A stretch of DNA of 32,000 bases. Origin: an uncultured Opitutales bacterium (GTDB lineage Bacteria; Verrucomicrobiota; Verrucomicrobiia; Opitutales; Intestinicryptomonadaceae). Position numbers and translations under genes: made by a program. Under the pieces are notes generated by a model. The model was not told where the DNA came from. It did no database searches and saw only the letters and a list, made by a program, of their open reading frames with translations. Position 1 is the first letter of the stretch. The number at the start of each line of letters is the position of its first letter. The stretch is from positions 390,001-422,000 of the forward strand of contig CAKTSY010000001.1 of the NCBI GenBank assembly GCA_934613415.1, in the 5' to 3' direction. Below, in pieces: positions 15,062 to 27,703 of this stretch.

Positions 15062-18043
15062 ATGATAGCTCAAATTTTTAAACTTTTTGCGGGCAGCCAC
15101 TATAAAAAATTCTACAAAAAAGTGCGCCCCATTGTAGCTAAAATCAACGAGATTGAAAAGCAGTACCAGTCGCTAACCGACGAACAGTTAAAGGCAAAAA
15201 CCCAAGAATTTAAAGACCGCCTAAAGAACGGCGAAACTACCGACGACATTCTGCCCGAAGCTTTTGCCGCGGTAAAGAACGCCGCCCGCAGGCTTTGCGG
15301 CAAAACCGTTAGCGTTTGCGGCCACGACATTAAGTGGGAAATGGTTCACTACGACGTTCAGCTTATAGGCGGCATTGCCCTACATAAAAATATGATTGCC
15401 GAAATGGCAACGGGCGAAGGCAAAACTTTGGTTTCTACCTTGCCGCTATATCTAAACGCGCTAACGGGCAACAACTGCCACTTGGTAACCGTAAACGAAT
15501 ATCTTGCCCGCCGCGACTGCGAATGGATGGGCTATTTGTATAACTTTTTGGGTCTTACGGTAGACTGGATTTACAACCAGCAAGACAACGCCTCGAAAAA
15601 GCAGGCATATGCTGCCGACATTACCTACGGCACGGCAAGCGAATTCGGTTTCGACTATTTGCGCGACAACGGCATGACAAGCTCGGCGCAGGAACAGGTA
15701 CAGCGCGGCCAATTCTACTGCATTGTAGACGAAGTAGACTCTATTTTGATAGACGAGGCTAGAACCCCGCTTATTATTTCGGGCCCCGTTCAGGAAGACC
15801 ACGAAGCACCCTTTATGCTTTTAAAACCCGCGGTTGAAAAGCTTGTTAAACTTCAGCATACTTTCTGCAACAGGTTGGCAATAGAAGTAAAAGAAGCCGC
15901 CGAAAAGAACCCCGAGTTAGACAGACCCACAATACAAAAGCTTTGGCAGGTTAAACTTGGTATGCCCAAGAATAGAACCTTGCGCCAGCTTATGGAAATT
16001 GGAGCTATACGCCGCCAGCTTGACAAGTTTGACATGGAAATGGCTGCCGACTTTAACAAGCAGGAACGCTACGCGCTAAAGGAGCAGCTATACTACGTTA
16101 TAGACGAAAAACAGCACCAAAGCGACCTTTGCGAGCGCGGCAGAAACGCGGTTGAACCCAACAACCCCAACGCCTTTGTGTTGCCCGACTTGCCGAGCAT
16201 TTTTGTTGAAATAGACTCGAAAACCGACTTAACCGCCCAGCAAAAGCAGGAGGCAAAACTTAAGGCGGAAGCCGAATTTATTTCCACTTCGGAAACCATA
16301 CACTGCATAAGCCAGCTTATACGCGCTTATTCGCTATACGAAAAAGACGTTGAATATGTTGTGCAAGACGGCAAAGTGCACATTGTAGACCAAAACACGG
16401 GCAGAATTATGTACGGCCGCCGCTGGAGCGAAGGCTTGCACCAAGCAATAGAGGCAAAGGAAAATTGCCAGATAGAAAAGGAAAGCAAAACGTATGCTAC
16501 GATTACAATTCAAAACTACTTTAGAATGTACTCGAAGCTTGCGGGCATGACCGGCACCGCCGAAACCGAAGCGCAGGAATTTAACGACATTTACGGCCTA
16601 AACGTAATGGCAATTCCCACAAACAAACCCTGCCGCAGAATAGACGCAAACGACGTTATCTACAAAACTCGCAGAGAAAAGTGTCAGGCAGCCATAAACG
16701 AAATTGTTGCCACCCATAAAAGAGGCCAGCCCATATTGGTGGGCACGGCCTCGGTTGAAGCCAGCGAAGTTTTAAGCCGTATGCTCCGCAAAACGGGCAT
16801 TGAACACAGCGTGCTTAACGCCAAAAACCACGCAAAAGAAGCCGAAATTATAGCAAACGCTGGGCAAAGGGGCGCGGTTACAATTGCAACGAATATGGCA
16901 GGCCGCGGCACCGACATTAAGCTTGGCGAAGGCGTTGCCGAACTTGGAGGCTTGTATGTGCTTGGCACCGAACGCCACGAATCGCGTCGCATAGACCGCC
17001 AGTTGCGCGGCCGCTGCGCACGTCAGGGAGACCCTGGCTACACAAAATTCCTAATCTCGCTTGAAGACAACCTAATGAGGCTCTTTAGCAATATGGGCGC
17101 AATTTCGAGAATACTCGACAAAACAATGAAAGAGGGAGAACCCCTCGAGCACCCGATGCTAAACCGCTCTATAGAGCGCGCGCAAAAGACGGTTGAAGGA
17201 CAAAACTACTCGGCAAGAAAAAGACTTTTGCAGTACGACGACGTGCTAAACAAACAGCGCGAAATTATCTACGGCATAAGAAACGACATTTTAAGCACAA
17301 AAGACACCCGCAAGCTTGTAAGGGAATTTGTAGACGAGGAAATAGACGAACGCCTTTCAGTTTACGACGAAAACGGCGACTCGAACACCGACAAAGATTC
17401 CATTGCAATGTTTGCAAGCTGGCTTACAAGCCGTTTCCCGATTACGATTTCGGCCGACGACCTAATCGGGCTTTCGAGAGACGATATGCGCAAAAAAATT
17501 CTCGGCGAAATAGACGAGCTTTACAAAATGCGCGACGAGCTTGAAGAGCCCGAAATGCTTAAGGCAATAGAAAGATTTGTTCTTTTGCGCGCCATAGACA
17601 AAAACTGGCAAGACCACCTTACCGAAATGGAAGACTTGCGCAAGAGCGTTGGCCTTCGTAGCTATGGGCAAAAAGACCCCTTAAACGAATATAAGAGCGA
17701 AGCCTTTAAGTATTTCGAAGCCCTTATGGGGAAAATCCGCAACGATATTTGCACGGGGCTTTTTAGAAGCGCCTCAAGCATAGAGGTTTTGCAGGCAATG
17801 ATTTCGCGCATACAGGAAAAGTCGGCAAAGTCCGAACCCAAAGCGCAGGAAGCACAAGAGGCAAAACCCGCCTTGGGCGATTCGCCAAAGGAAATTAAAC
17901 TTCCCGACATTGCCGAGCCCGAAATGCCGAAAATCGGCCGCAACGAGCTTGTAACCATTGTAAGAAACGGCGAAGAACAAACCCTTAAGTTCAAAAAAGC
18001 CGAGCACCTTATAAAAGAGGAAGGCTGGCGCATTAAGGAATAA
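15062..18043 (+). CDS. secA: preprotein translocase ATPase SecA
   Basis: Walker A is [10 protein letters not shown]. The DEAD-like box is [22 protein letters not shown]. Further motifs are [21 protein letters not shown] and [23 protein letters not shown]. Confidence 0.97.
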   Translation: MIAQIFKLFAGSHYKKFYKKVRPIVAKINEIEKQYQSLTDEQLKAKTQEFKDRLKNGETTDDILPEAFAAVKNAARRLCGKTVSVCGHDIKWEMVHYDVQLIGGIALHKNMIAEMATGEGKTLVSTLPLYLNALTGNNCHLVTVNEYLARRDCEWMGYLYNFLGLTVDWIYNQQDNASKKQAYAADITYGTASEFGFDYLRDNGMTSSAQEQVQRGQFYCIVDEVDSILIDEARTPLIISGPVQEDHEAPFMLLKPAVEKLVKLQHTFCNRLAIEVKEAAEKNPELDRPTIQKLWQVKLGMPKNRTLRQLMEIGAIRRQLDKFDMEMAADFNKQERYALKEQLYYVIDEKQHQSDLCERGRNAVEPNNPNAFVLPDLPSIFVEIDSKTDLTAQQKQEAKLKAEAEFISTSETIHCISQLIRAYSLYEKDVEYVVQDGKVHIVDQNTGRIMYGRRWSEGLHQAIEAKENCQIEKESKTYATITIQNYFRMYSKLAGMTGTAETEAQEFNDIYGLNVMAIPTNKPCRRIDANDVIYKTRREKCQAAINEIVATHKRGQPILVGTASVEASEVLSRMLRKTGIEHSVLNAKNHAKEAEIIANAGQRGAVTIATNMAGRGTDIKLGEGVAELGGLYVLGTERHESRRIDRQLRGRCARQGDPGYTKFLISLEDNLMRLFSNMGAISRILDKTMKEGEPLEHPMLNRSIERAQKTVEGQNYSARKRLLQYDDVLNKQREIIYGIRNDILSTKDTRKLVREFVDEEIDERLSVYDENGDSNTDKDSIAMFASWLTSRFPITISADDLIGLSRDDMRKKILGEIDELYKMRDELEEPEMLKAIERFVLLRAIDKNWQDHLTEMEDLRKSVGLRSYGQKDPLNEYKSEAFKYFEALMGKIRNDICTGLFRSASSIEVLQAMISRIQEKSAKSEPKAQEAQEAKPALGDSPKEIKLPDIAEPEMPKIGRNELVTIVRNGEEQTLKFKKAEHLIKEEGWRIKE

Positions 18044-19761
18044 TGTATTACATTGCATACATTCTAAGCGCGCTTTTGTGGGTTGTTAGTTTCGACCCAT
18101 TTGCCTGTTCGGAGGCCGCTTGGGTGTTTGCAGTGCCGGTTTTGCTTGCAAATATGGGGCAAAGCCCATCTAAAAAAACGTGGTTGTGCTCGTTTTTAAT
18201 GTGCTTTGCCTCTTGGGTTGCGATATTGGCATGGCTGCGTTTTGTGTACCCGCCCTACGGCGTTTTAGGAATGCTGCTTTTGCCCGCCGCAATAGCGTGT
18301 TTCTATGCCCCCTTTTTTGCATTATGCGGCTACTTTTTGTCGGAGCGTTTTTCGCAAAACAGCTGGGCAAAAAAAATATTTGCAATGCTCGCCTTCTCGG
18401 CCTTTTGGGTTGTACTGGAATTTTTGCGCTCGAATATGTTTACGGGCTTTGGCTGGCTTTGCCTGGGGCACAGCCAATATTGCAGACCCGCGTTGCTGCA
18501 GTCGGCGGCAATAGGCGGCGTTTATATGCTTTCGTTCATAATAATTGCGTTTAACATAGGCATTGCAAAATACGTTATCCGCCTAATACGCTTTAACAAA
18601 GACAAGCTAAAGGGAATAAAAAGCAAAATAAGCGTTTGCCCCGAATTTTATTTGGCGGTTTTGCTTTTAATGTTCAACATTTTTTTATACGCCTACAACC
18701 TGCCGCTTAAGTCGAACGCCGAGTATATGTTTAGAGCCGGCTGCGTACAAACCGACTTGCAGGGCTTTAGAAAATGGGACGCCCAAAACGCCCAAGCTGA
18801 CTTAAAAACCCTTACTGTCCTTACAAAATCGCTTAAAAGCGCAAATGTAGACATTGCCTTGTGGCCAGAGGCCGCCACACCGCCTTCTATGCCCATTGTT
18901 TCAAGCCCATTTGCAAAAAGCTATGTAGAAACTCTTTCAAAAGATTTGGGCTTCCCCATATTGGGCGGCACAATGGCTTTTGTTGAGGAACTTGGCAAAT
19001 ACAAGGCGCAAAACGCGGTTTGCTTTGTATCGGAAAGCAACGGGCTTTTAAAAGAATATTACGCAAAAACAAAGCTTGTGCCTTTCGGCGAATATATGCC
19101 CTTTTGGTGCTCGTTCTTAAAAAGCGTTGTGCCCGTAGGCGAAATGAAGCGCGGCGAAAACTTTATGCCCTTGAATATAAAAATTGCCGACAAAAACTAC
19201 AAGGCGGGCGTTATGATTTGCTACGAAGACATTTTCGAGCAGCTCGGCAGGAGAATGGCAAAAAACGGTGCGGATTTTCTTTTTGTATGCACAAACGATT
19301 CGTGGTACGGCAAGGAAGGCGGCGCATACCAGCATGCCGCACATTCGGCATTGCAGGCGGTTTCGCTGCGAAAGCCCCTTTTAAGGGCGTCAAACAACGG
19401 GCTTAGCTGCGTGTTTAACGAATACGGCGCAAAGCTTTGCACAATAACGCTTATGTCGAAAGACAACACCGCCTACAATGGAACAAACCAGCTAAAAGCA
19501 CCGCTAGATATTTTCGATGAAAACAACAATAAGCTAAACCCGTACACCTATAAAATCCTTAAGCCCGCCGAAATGGCAAACGAAAACAATACCGTATATT
19601 TTAGGGGGGCTGCCTTTACCGATGTGTACCGCTTTAAAAACTTTTCGGGGCAGTCGTTCTATGTAAGGTACGGGTATCTATTCCCCTACTTTTGCGCGGG
19701 GCTTTTGGCGTTGTTCTACGTTGCAAAAAGGCGTAAGCGCCCTAGCCCAACAAAGCGGTAA
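18043..19761 (+). CDS. lnt: apolipoprotein N-acyltransferase
   Basis: A multi-TM N-terminus is followed by a CN-hydrolase domain with the E/K/C triad contexts ALWPEAA, KTKLVPFGEY and GVMICYEDIF, then a terminal TM. Its ATG overlaps the secA TAA by 1 nt. Confidence 0.85.
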   Translation: MYYIAYILSALLWVVSFDPFACSEAAWVFAVPVLLANMGQSPSKKTWLCSFLMCFASWVAILAWLRFVYPPYGVLGMLLLPAAIACFYAPFFALCGYFLSERFSQNSWAKKIFAMLAFSAFWVVLEFLRSNMFTGFGWLCLGHSQYCRPALLQSAAIGGVYMLSFIIIAFNIGIAKYVIRLIRFNKDKLKGIKSKISVCPEFYLAVLLLMFNIFLYAYNLPLKSNAEYMFRAGCVQTDLQGFRKWDAQNAQADLKTLTVLTKSLKSANVDIALWPEAATPPSMPIVSSPFAKSYVETLSKDLGFPILGGTMAFVEELGKYKAQNAVCFVSESNGLLKEYYAKTKLVPFGEYMPFWCSFLKSVVPVGEMKRGENFMPLNIKIADKNYKAGVMICYEDIFEQLGRRMAKNGADFLFVCTNDSWYGKEGGAYQHAAHSALQAVSLRKPLLRASNNGLSCVFNEYGAKLCTITLMSKDNTAYNGTNQLKAPLDIFDENNNKLNPYTYKILKPAEMANENNTVYFRGAAFTDVYRFKNFSGQSFYVRYGYLFPYFCAGLLALFYVAKRRKRPSPTKR

Positions 19762-20524
19762 TAACCGCAATAAACAATATTCCAGAAAACACGCCCAAAA
19801 TACCGTAGTGTTCCTGCCCGTATTCCTTTGCCATTGGCAAAAGTTCGTCGAACGAAATGTAGACCATAATGCCGGCTACCAGCGAGTTTGAAACGGCAAA
19901 AACCCATTCGTGCGCAATACCCGCCAAAAGCCAAAAACCAAGCAAGGCCCCCAATGGCTCGCTTAATCCCGCAAATGTAGCCCACATAAAAGCCTTAAAT
20001 TTTTTGCCGCTTGCGGCATATATGGGCAAAGCTACAATAAGCCCCTCGGGTATGTTGTGCAGCGCTATTGCAAGAGCAATCGATAAGCCCAAGGTTGTAT
20101 CAGCATTTAAGGTAGAAAACACCGCCAAGCCCTCGGGCAAATTGTGCAGCATTACGGCAAGCCCCATAAACACGCCCGTCTTTTCCATTTCGGCAGCATG
20201 CTTTTTGTCGGCTTCGTATAGGGCTTTGTCTTCGCTGTTTAGGTGCTCGGGTATAAAATAGTCTATTAAGGCCGCCATAATAGCCCCCAACGCAAAAAGC
20301 CCCATTACCAAAAGCTTTGCATTTTGCACACCAAGCGACGGCAGCCCCTCTTTTACCGAAACGGGCAACAATTCGCCGAACGAAACGTATATCATTACGC
20401 CCGCCGAAAAGCTCATGCAAAACGCCAACGTTGAAATGGGGATTTTCTTTGCGGCAAAAATGAGAGCCGCACCCAAACTTGTAGCGGCTCCCGATAAAAA
20501 GGTTATAAATAAGGCAAAGCCCAT
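19742..20524 (-). CDS. zupT: ZIP-family zinc transporter ZupT
   Basis: It has multiple TM segments and duplicated HNLPEGLAV / HNIPEGLIV motifs. It starts 1 nt after the glnS stop. Confidence 0.85.
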   Translation of the reverse strand: MGFALFITFLSGAATSLGAALIFAAKKIPISTLAFCMSFSAGVMIYVSFGELLPVSVKEGLPSLGVQNAKLLVMGLFALGAIMAALIDYFIPEHLNSEDKALYEADKKHAAEMEKTGVFMGLAVMLHNLPEGLAVFSTLNADTTLGLSIALAIALHNIPEGLIVALPIYAASGKKFKAFMWATFAGLSEPLGALLGFWLLAGIAHEWVFAVSNSLVAGIMVYISFDELLPMAKEYGQEHYGILGVFSGILFIAVITALLG

Positions 20525-20525
20525 T

Positions 20526-22202
20526 TTAGAACTTTTTGGAATCTTTCAGCAAAACGGTTCTATTGAAAACAAGTTCGCCTTCGGGCGATTTTGCTCTTGT
20601 AAAATACGCTATGCGTTCGAACTGCAGGGGCTGTTGAACCTTTGCGTCTTTTAAGGCCTCTTCGCCTATAAACTGAACCTTTTTCAACGAATCTTTGTTT
20701 AGGTAGTCTACGGGTGTCTTGCCTTCGGGCAAGTCCGTCATATCTTCCTTCGTAAAAAGCTTATCGTACAAATTTGCCGTGCACTTAACGTTGCGGTTTG
20801 CGCTTACCCAGTGAATGGTGCCCTTAACCTTGCGGCCGTCGGGCGAATTGCCCCCGCGCGAAGCCAAATCTATTGTGCATATAAGCTTTACTATTTTGCC
20901 GGTCTCGTCTTTTACAACTTCTTTGCAGCGCATAAAGTATGCGTAGCGAAGCCTTACTTCGTTGTCGGTAGAAAGCCTGAAAAACTTCTTGGGCGCGTTT
21001 TCCATAAAGTCTTCCCTTTCTATGAAAATGCGCTTTGTAAAGGCAACTTTGCGAACCGTAGAATTTTCGTCCTCGGGGTTGTCTACGGCGTCTAGCTCGT
21101 CTACAAAGTCTTCGGCAATATTCTCGATTTCGACTTCCAACGGGTCGAACACCGCCATGCGGCGCAGGGCTTTTTTGTTTAAGTCCTGCCTTACGCAGTG
21201 TTCCAAAAGAGCAAAATCGGTAAGGCTGTCGAATTTTGTAAGCCCTATCGTTTCGCAGAAGTTCTTTATAGATTCGGGCGTATAGCCCCTTGCCCTCATA
21301 CCCGAAAGCGTGGGCATTCTCGGATCGCTCCAGTCGTCTACAACCTTGTCGGCAACAAGTTGCTGCAACAAGCGCTTGCTCATAACCGTATAGCCCAAGT
21401 TAAGCCTTGCAAATTCGTACTGGCGCGGCTGAACCTTGTTAAGATTTTTAGCCGAAGTGTTTTCAATAAACCAGTCGTACAACGGGCGGTGCACAACAAA
21501 TTCAAGCGTGCAAAGCGAATGTGTAATGCCCTCTATTGCGTCGCAAAGGCAGTGCGCAAAGTCGTACATTGGGTAAATGCACCATTTGTCGCCCGTTCTG
21601 TGGTGGTGGTCGTACTTAATTCTGTAAATGGCAGGGTCTCGCATGTGCAGGTTCGGAGACGCCATATCAATCTTCGCCCTAAGCACATATTCGCCCTCTT
21701 TAAACTCGCCCTTGCGCATTCTTTCAAACAAGTCCAAACTTTCCTCTATGGGGCGGTTGCGGTGCGGACTTTCTTTGCCCGCGCTACCGGGAACGCCTCT
21801 ATATTCCTTAAACTCTTCGGGCGAAAGCGTGCACACATAGGCTTTGCCCGCCTTTATAAGCTCTACAGCATATCCGTATAGCTTTTCAAAATAGTCGGAG
21901 GCATAAAAAAGCCTGTCGCCCCAGTCGAAGCCGAGCCAGTGAACGTCTTCCATAATGGAATCTACAAAGCGCGTATCCTCCTTTGTGGGGTTTGTGTCGT
22001 CGAAGCGCAAGTTGCAAATACCGCCATATTCGGCAGCAACGCCAAAGTCTAGGCAAAACGCCTTAGCGTGCCCTATGTGCAAACAGCCGTTAGGCTCGGG
22101 GGGAAAGCGCGTATGCACTTTTGTCAAGCCGTTTGCAATGTCGGCCTCTATTATTTGCCTTACAAAATTTTTAGAAACTGTAGGTTTTTCTTCTTGTTCC
22201 AT
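20526..22202 (-). CDS. glnS: glutaminyl-tRNA synthetase
   Basis: FPPEPNGCLHIGHAKA is the HIGH motif and VMSKR is the KMSKS motif. The catalytic and anticodon-binding regions are GlnRS-like, and the length is 558 aa. Confidence 0.95.
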   Translation of the reverse strand: MEQEEKPTVSKNFVRQIIEADIANGLTKVHTRFPPEPNGCLHIGHAKAFCLDFGVAAEYGGICNLRFDDTNPTKEDTRFVDSIMEDVHWLGFDWGDRLFYASDYFEKLYGYAVELIKAGKAYVCTLSPEEFKEYRGVPGSAGKESPHRNRPIEESLDLFERMRKGEFKEGEYVLRAKIDMASPNLHMRDPAIYRIKYDHHHRTGDKWCIYPMYDFAHCLCDAIEGITHSLCTLEFVVHRPLYDWFIENTSAKNLNKVQPRQYEFARLNLGYTVMSKRLLQQLVADKVVDDWSDPRMPTLSGMRARGYTPESIKNFCETIGLTKFDSLTDFALLEHCVRQDLNKKALRRMAVFDPLEVEIENIAEDFVDELDAVDNPEDENSTVRKVAFTKRIFIEREDFMENAPKKFFRLSTDNEVRLRYAYFMRCKEVVKDETGKIVKLICTIDLASRGGNSPDGRKVKGTIHWVSANRNVKCTANLYDKLFTKEDMTDLPEGKTPVDYLNKDSLKKVQFIGEEALKDAKVQQPLQFERIAYFTRAKSPEGELVFNRTVLLKDSKKF

Positions 22203-22349
22203 ATAGCTATATATTACTTAAAATGTTTTCCATATTGGCGCGTTGGTCAAATATAAAATCCAAAAACAACGCTATTTTTGCATATGCTAGCCGCCGCGCT
22301 TTGCATTGGTTTGTTTGCATAAAAAATAACGGCATAACGCTATAAGCAT

Positions 22350-22378
22350 AAAAAAAGACGCTTCCCGAAAGAAGCGTC
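22350..22378 (-). terminator. rho-independent terminator after rpsA
   Basis: The minus-strand stem GACGCTTC-TTTCGG-GAAGCGTC is followed by T7. It is also flanked by T6 on the + strand. Confidence 0.85.
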
Positions 22379-22405
22379 GTTTTTTGCGGTAATCTAAAAA
22401 AACGA

Positions 22406-24064
<1,659 letters not shown>

Positions 24065-24112
24065 ATTTATCCTTATACGCACAAGCGGCGTTAGTGTCGA
24101 ATGTGCGGTTGA

Positions 24113-24142
24113 ATTTTATTTGTTGAACGCCGAACGATGCAA
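24113..24142 (-). promoter_or_regulatory. candidate sigma-70-type promoter for rpsA
   Basis: The minus-strand reading is TTGCAT-N18-TAAAAT, about 45 nt upstream of ATG 24064. Confidence 0.35.
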
Positions 24143-24194
24143 AAAACCCTCTTTTTCGCATAAAACGGCGAGCGTTAAAGGTTGTAATGCCACC

Positions 24195-24217
24195 AAAAAA
24201 CGCTGCCTTTGGCAAGC
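24195..24217 (-). terminator. weak/imperfect terminator after folC
   Basis: An imperfect stem GC(T)TGCC-AAA-GGCAGC is flanked by A6 and T6, 58 nt after the folC stop. Confidence 0.4.
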
Positions 24218-24275
24218 TTTTTTAAGAAATTTCGCCGAAAAATTTTCCCGTTTTTCGCCGTCGGGGCAATTTAGC

Positions 24276-25607
24276 CTAAATCAAGTCCGACAAAGACGGC
24301 TTTTCGCCCGCCGTTATCGCCGACAAAACTTCGCCCGCCAAATATATAGAGCCTGTTATAACTGCAAGGTCTCCAAGTTTTGCGCTACACTCGTTTTTTG
24401 CAGGGAAAATGTCTTTAATTTCGGCATATTCGTAGGCAACGCGGCAATTAGGCGGCATAAGGGCTGCCAATTCGTTCTGCGGCAAAGCCCTAGGCTGGTC
24501 GGGACGCACAAAAATTATCTTTTTTGCGTGCTTTGCTATTACCTTTAAAAGGGGTATTGCCCTATCTTTGCCCAAAACGCCGCAAACTACAACGGGCTTT
24601 TCGGACAAAGTCGCCAAATTTTCGTCTAAAACTTTGGCGCATTCCTCGTTGTGCGAAGAATCTAATATAACGGTTGCGCCGTTCTTCATTTTAAAGGTTT
24701 GCCAGCGCGCCGCCCATTGAACCCGCATAAGAGCCTCTTTTACAGATTGTTGAGGCAATTTAAACACACCGCGTTCGTTAAGCACTTTGCAGCAAAGGCT
24801 TGCCGTTGCCGCATTCTTGCGCTGATACGCCCCAAATAGCGAAGGTTGCGGCAGCGCTTCAATAGATTTGTAATAGTCTTCAACGCAATAAATTGGGGCA
24901 TTCAATTCCTTTGCCCTAGCCTTTATAACGGCAAGGGGGTTTTCGTCTATAAAACCGCAAACTACGGGCACATTGGGCTTTATAATGCCCGCCTTTTCAA
25001 AGGCAATCTTTTCCAAAGTATCGCCCAAATAGTCGGTATGGTCTTTGCCTATGCTAGTTATAACCGAAATTTCGGGAGTAATTATGTTTGTTGCGTCTAG
25101 CCTGCCGCCAAGACCAACTTCGGTAACGGCAACATCTACTTTTTCGTCGTTAAAAATAAGGAAGGCAGCCTCGGTTATAAACTCGAAAAATGTAGGGTAC
25201 ATTTTTGGGTCTATCTTCCCCGATTTTTCGGCATATTCCTTTAATTTTAAGATATATTTTACAAGTTTTTCCTCGCTTGCCTGAACGCCGTTAACCCTAA
25301 TTCTTTCGCCCAAATGTATTAAATGCGGCGAAGTAAACATTCCCGTTTTGTAGCCGCAATATCTAAAAACGGCGTCTAGCATTGCGCAAGTAGAACCCTT
25401 GCCGTTTGTACCCGCAACGTGCACTTTTTTGTAGTTGTTTTGAACGTTGCCGCAAATATCGGCAAATAATTTCATTCTGTCTACCGACAAACTTGAACCT
25501 ACATTGCGCAAATTATATATAAAAGAGCTTATATCCTTAAAGTTTTCCACTTTCTTACCCGCCTTTAAACGGGAAATATAGCTTGAAATAAAATGAAAAT
25601 TATACAA
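24276..25607 (-). CDS. folC: folylpolyglutamate synthase / dihydrofolate synthase
   Basis: Mur-ligase-type P-loop VAGTNGKGST, plus EVGLGGRLDATN, SIGKDHTDYLG and a C-terminal GSIYLAGEV. The start is uncertain: the track start is a TTG. Confidence 0.85.
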   Translation of the reverse strand: MYNFHFISSYISRLKAGKKVENFKDISSFIYNLRNVGSSLSVDRMKLFADICGNVQNNYKKVHVAGTNGKGSTCAMLDAVFRYCGYKTGMFTSPHLIHLGERIRVNGVQASEEKLVKYILKLKEYAEKSGKIDPKMYPTFFEFITEAAFLIFNDEKVDVAVTEVGLGGRLDATNIITPEISVITSIGKDHTDYLGDTLEKIAFEKAGIIKPNVPVVCGFIDENPLAVIKARAKELNAPIYCVEDYYKSIEALPQPSLFGAYQRKNAATASLCCKVLNERGVFKLPQQSVKEALMRVQWAARWQTFKMKNGATVILDSSHNEECAKVLDENLATLSEKPVVVCGVLGKDRAIPLLKVIAKHAKKIIFVRPDQPRALPQNELAALMPPNCRVAYEYAEIKDIFPAKNECSAKLGDLAVITGSIYLAGEVLSAITAGEKPSLSDLI

Positions 25608-25682
25608 GCTAAAAGGCTGTATTTTTGCGCATTTGCAGCATAAATTTTAAGACGGCAATGCGCCAAAAACACGCATTAAACT

Positions 25683-27065
25683 ATGGCAAGGGAACTTTCG
25701 CAAAACACTCAACTTAGGCAGTCGCTTGGGATAAACGCCCAAATGCGCGACAGCCTAGACGTTTTGCAGGCTCCCTCTTTGGAATTAAGGGAGCTTTTGC
25801 GACACAAGCTTGAAAGCAACCCCGCTTTGGAGGAAATTGCCCCCGATTTTTCGGCACCTTCTAGCCCCGACACCGAAGAAGGCAACGAAGCCTACGATGG
25901 CGACGACTACGATTATAGCTACGACTATTTGCCCCAAAAAAAGTCCGACAAAGACGCCTCCGAAACCTACGACTTTCTAGTAAATTCTATAGAATATAAA
26001 AGCACATTAAGGGAAGAATTGGTAAACCAGGCAGCCTGCGACTGCAAAGACGAAAGCGTTGTAAAGGCCTTTATAGAGCTTTGCAACCATTTAGACTCGC
26101 GCGGGTTTTTACCGCTTGGAATTGCCGAAACATTAACTGCCGACGGCTTTACAAGCGAGCAAATTAACGAGGCTTTAGAATTGTTAAAGTCTATGGAGCC
26201 TGCGGGCATAGGCGCAAGCGATTTAAGGGAATGTTTTTTGCTGCAACTTGAAAGGCTTGATTTGCACGACAGCCTTGCCTACGAAATTGTAGACGAACAT
26301 TACGACTTGTTTGTAAAAAGAAAGGTTGCAGACCTTGCCGAAAAGTGCGCCACTACCCCCGCAAAGATAGAAAATGCCTTTAATGTGTTGGCAAAGTTGC
26401 ACACGTCGCCCGCGCGCGAATACGAGCAGGAAGAAGCCACCCATATTTGGCCCGACGCCAGAATTTACAAGGCAAAAGACGGCTCTTTAAAATGCGAAGT
26501 TTTAGACACCTTTTTGCCTCGCCTAAAAATAAGCGACGACTACCGCGATATGCTTGCCAAAGGCGAGCTTGAAGGCGAAGGCAAAAGCTACATAAAAGAA
26601 AAGATTAGCGAGGCAAAAGCGTTGGTATCTTCGCTACAAGAGCGCAAAAACACAATCTTAAGAATAACCGAGCTTATATTGAAAAAGCAAAAGGCATTTT
26701 TTGAGGGAGGCAACTTGCAGCCTATGACAATGACAAACATTGCCGAGGAATTGGGGATAAACCCCTCCACCGTAAGCCGCGCGCTTTCGGGCAAGTATTT
26801 GGAAATTCCCAACGCTATTAAGCCGTACGAATTTTTCTTTTCTACTGCAGTTTCTAAAAACGGCGAAAGCGCCCTTTCAAACAACAGCGTAAAAGAGGAA
26901 ATAAAGCGCATAATAGAATCTGAAAACCCCAAAAAGCCCTATTCCGACTCCGAAATATGCGAAATTTTGGCGGAAAGCTCTATAAACATTGCAAGGCGCA
27001 CCGCCGCAAAATATAGAGAAGAACTGGGCATTCCCGTAAAGACGCTTAGAAAGCGATTTTCATAA
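25683..27065 (+). CDS. rpoN: RNA polymerase sigma-54 factor
   Basis: Region I is LRQSLGINAQMRDSLDVLQAPSLEL. An acidic region II is present. The HTH is IAEELGINPSTVSRAL and the RpoN box is ARRTAAKYREELGIP. Confidence 0.93.
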   Translation: MARELSQNTQLRQSLGINAQMRDSLDVLQAPSLELRELLRHKLESNPALEEIAPDFSAPSSPDTEEGNEAYDGDDYDYSYDYLPQKKSDKDASETYDFLVNSIEYKSTLREELVNQAACDCKDESVVKAFIELCNHLDSRGFLPLGIAETLTADGFTSEQINEALELLKSMEPAGIGASDLRECFLLQLERLDLHDSLAYEIVDEHYDLFVKRKVADLAEKCATTPAKIENAFNVLAKLHTSPAREYEQEEATHIWPDARIYKAKDGSLKCEVLDTFLPRLKISDDYRDMLAKGELEGEGKSYIKEKISEAKALVSSLQERKNTILRITELILKKQKAFFEGGNLQPMTMTNIAEELGINPSTVSRALSGKYLEIPNAIKPYEFFFSTAVSKNGESALSNNSVKEEIKRIIESENPKKPYSDSEICEILAESSINIARRTAAKYREELGIPVKTLRKRFS

Positions 27066-27703
27066 TGAAAGAACAAACTATTTTGGTTGCCGACACTTCG
27101 TCGTATACAATAAGAGCCGCAATTTTTAAAGGCAACGCCCTTGTTGCAAAGGTAGAAAAACAGGCAACACCGCTAGAAAACTTTTCCCCAATCTTAAAAG
27201 AGCTTTTTGCGCAATCGAAAATATGCCCCAAAGACGTTTCGCAATACTGGTTTTGCGAGGGCACGGGCTCGGTTTTGGGAATACGCAGCGCAAGCGTTTC
27301 GTTCTGCACAATGGCGTTCTTAAACAACGCAAAAATTAAAACTTTTAGGTTGTTCGAAACGCTGTATGCGCTGGCCAAGTCGGAGGGCGTAAAAGAGCCG
27401 TTTACGCTGTATTGCGGGTCGCGCAAAGGCTGCTACAATATTTGCGCAAACGGCAACGCTCCAAAGGAAATTGCCGCCGCCGATTTTGAAGGCGAAAAGA
27501 TAGGCGACTGCTATTTTATAAAACAGCGCAACGCAGAAAGCATTGCCGAAAACTCGAAAGAATTTAACTACAACATTACCAACTTGTTCGAAACGCTGGA
27601 CAAAAACCCCGCGCTTTTAACCGAACAAAGCTTGAATATACCCGACGCATTGCTGCTGTCGAAAAGGGAATTTGCAAAATGGAATTCGCAAGCACACATT
27701 TAA
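27065..27703 (+). CDS. TsaB/YeaZ-like (ASKHA-fold, t6A-biosynthesis partner) protein, divergent
   Basis: ILVADTSSYTIRAAIF and CEGTGSVLGIRSASVSF align with the TsaB N-terminal and GPGSFTGLRIG blocks. Its ATG overlaps the rpoN stop (TAATG). Confidence 0.5.
   Translation: MKEQTILVADTSSYTIRAAIFKGNALVAKVEKQATPLENFSPILKELFAQSKICPKDVSQYWFCEGTGSVLGIRSASVSFCTMAFLNNAKIKTFRLFETLYALAKSEGVKEPFTLYCGSRKGCYNICANGNAPKEIAAADFEGEKIGDCYFIKQRNAESIAENSKEFNYNITNLFETLDKNPALLTEQSLNIPDALLLSKREFAKWNSQAHI

Noticed and set aside
22277-22320. Three direct copies of TTTGCAT (22277, 22300, 22314) upstream of glnS.
   Set aside because: The 7-mer is short, and TTTGC/GCAAA words are visibly abundant throughout the window, in coding and intergenic DNA alike. 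The spacing is irregular (23 and 14 nt). I cannot distinguish this from compositional background without genome-wide counts.
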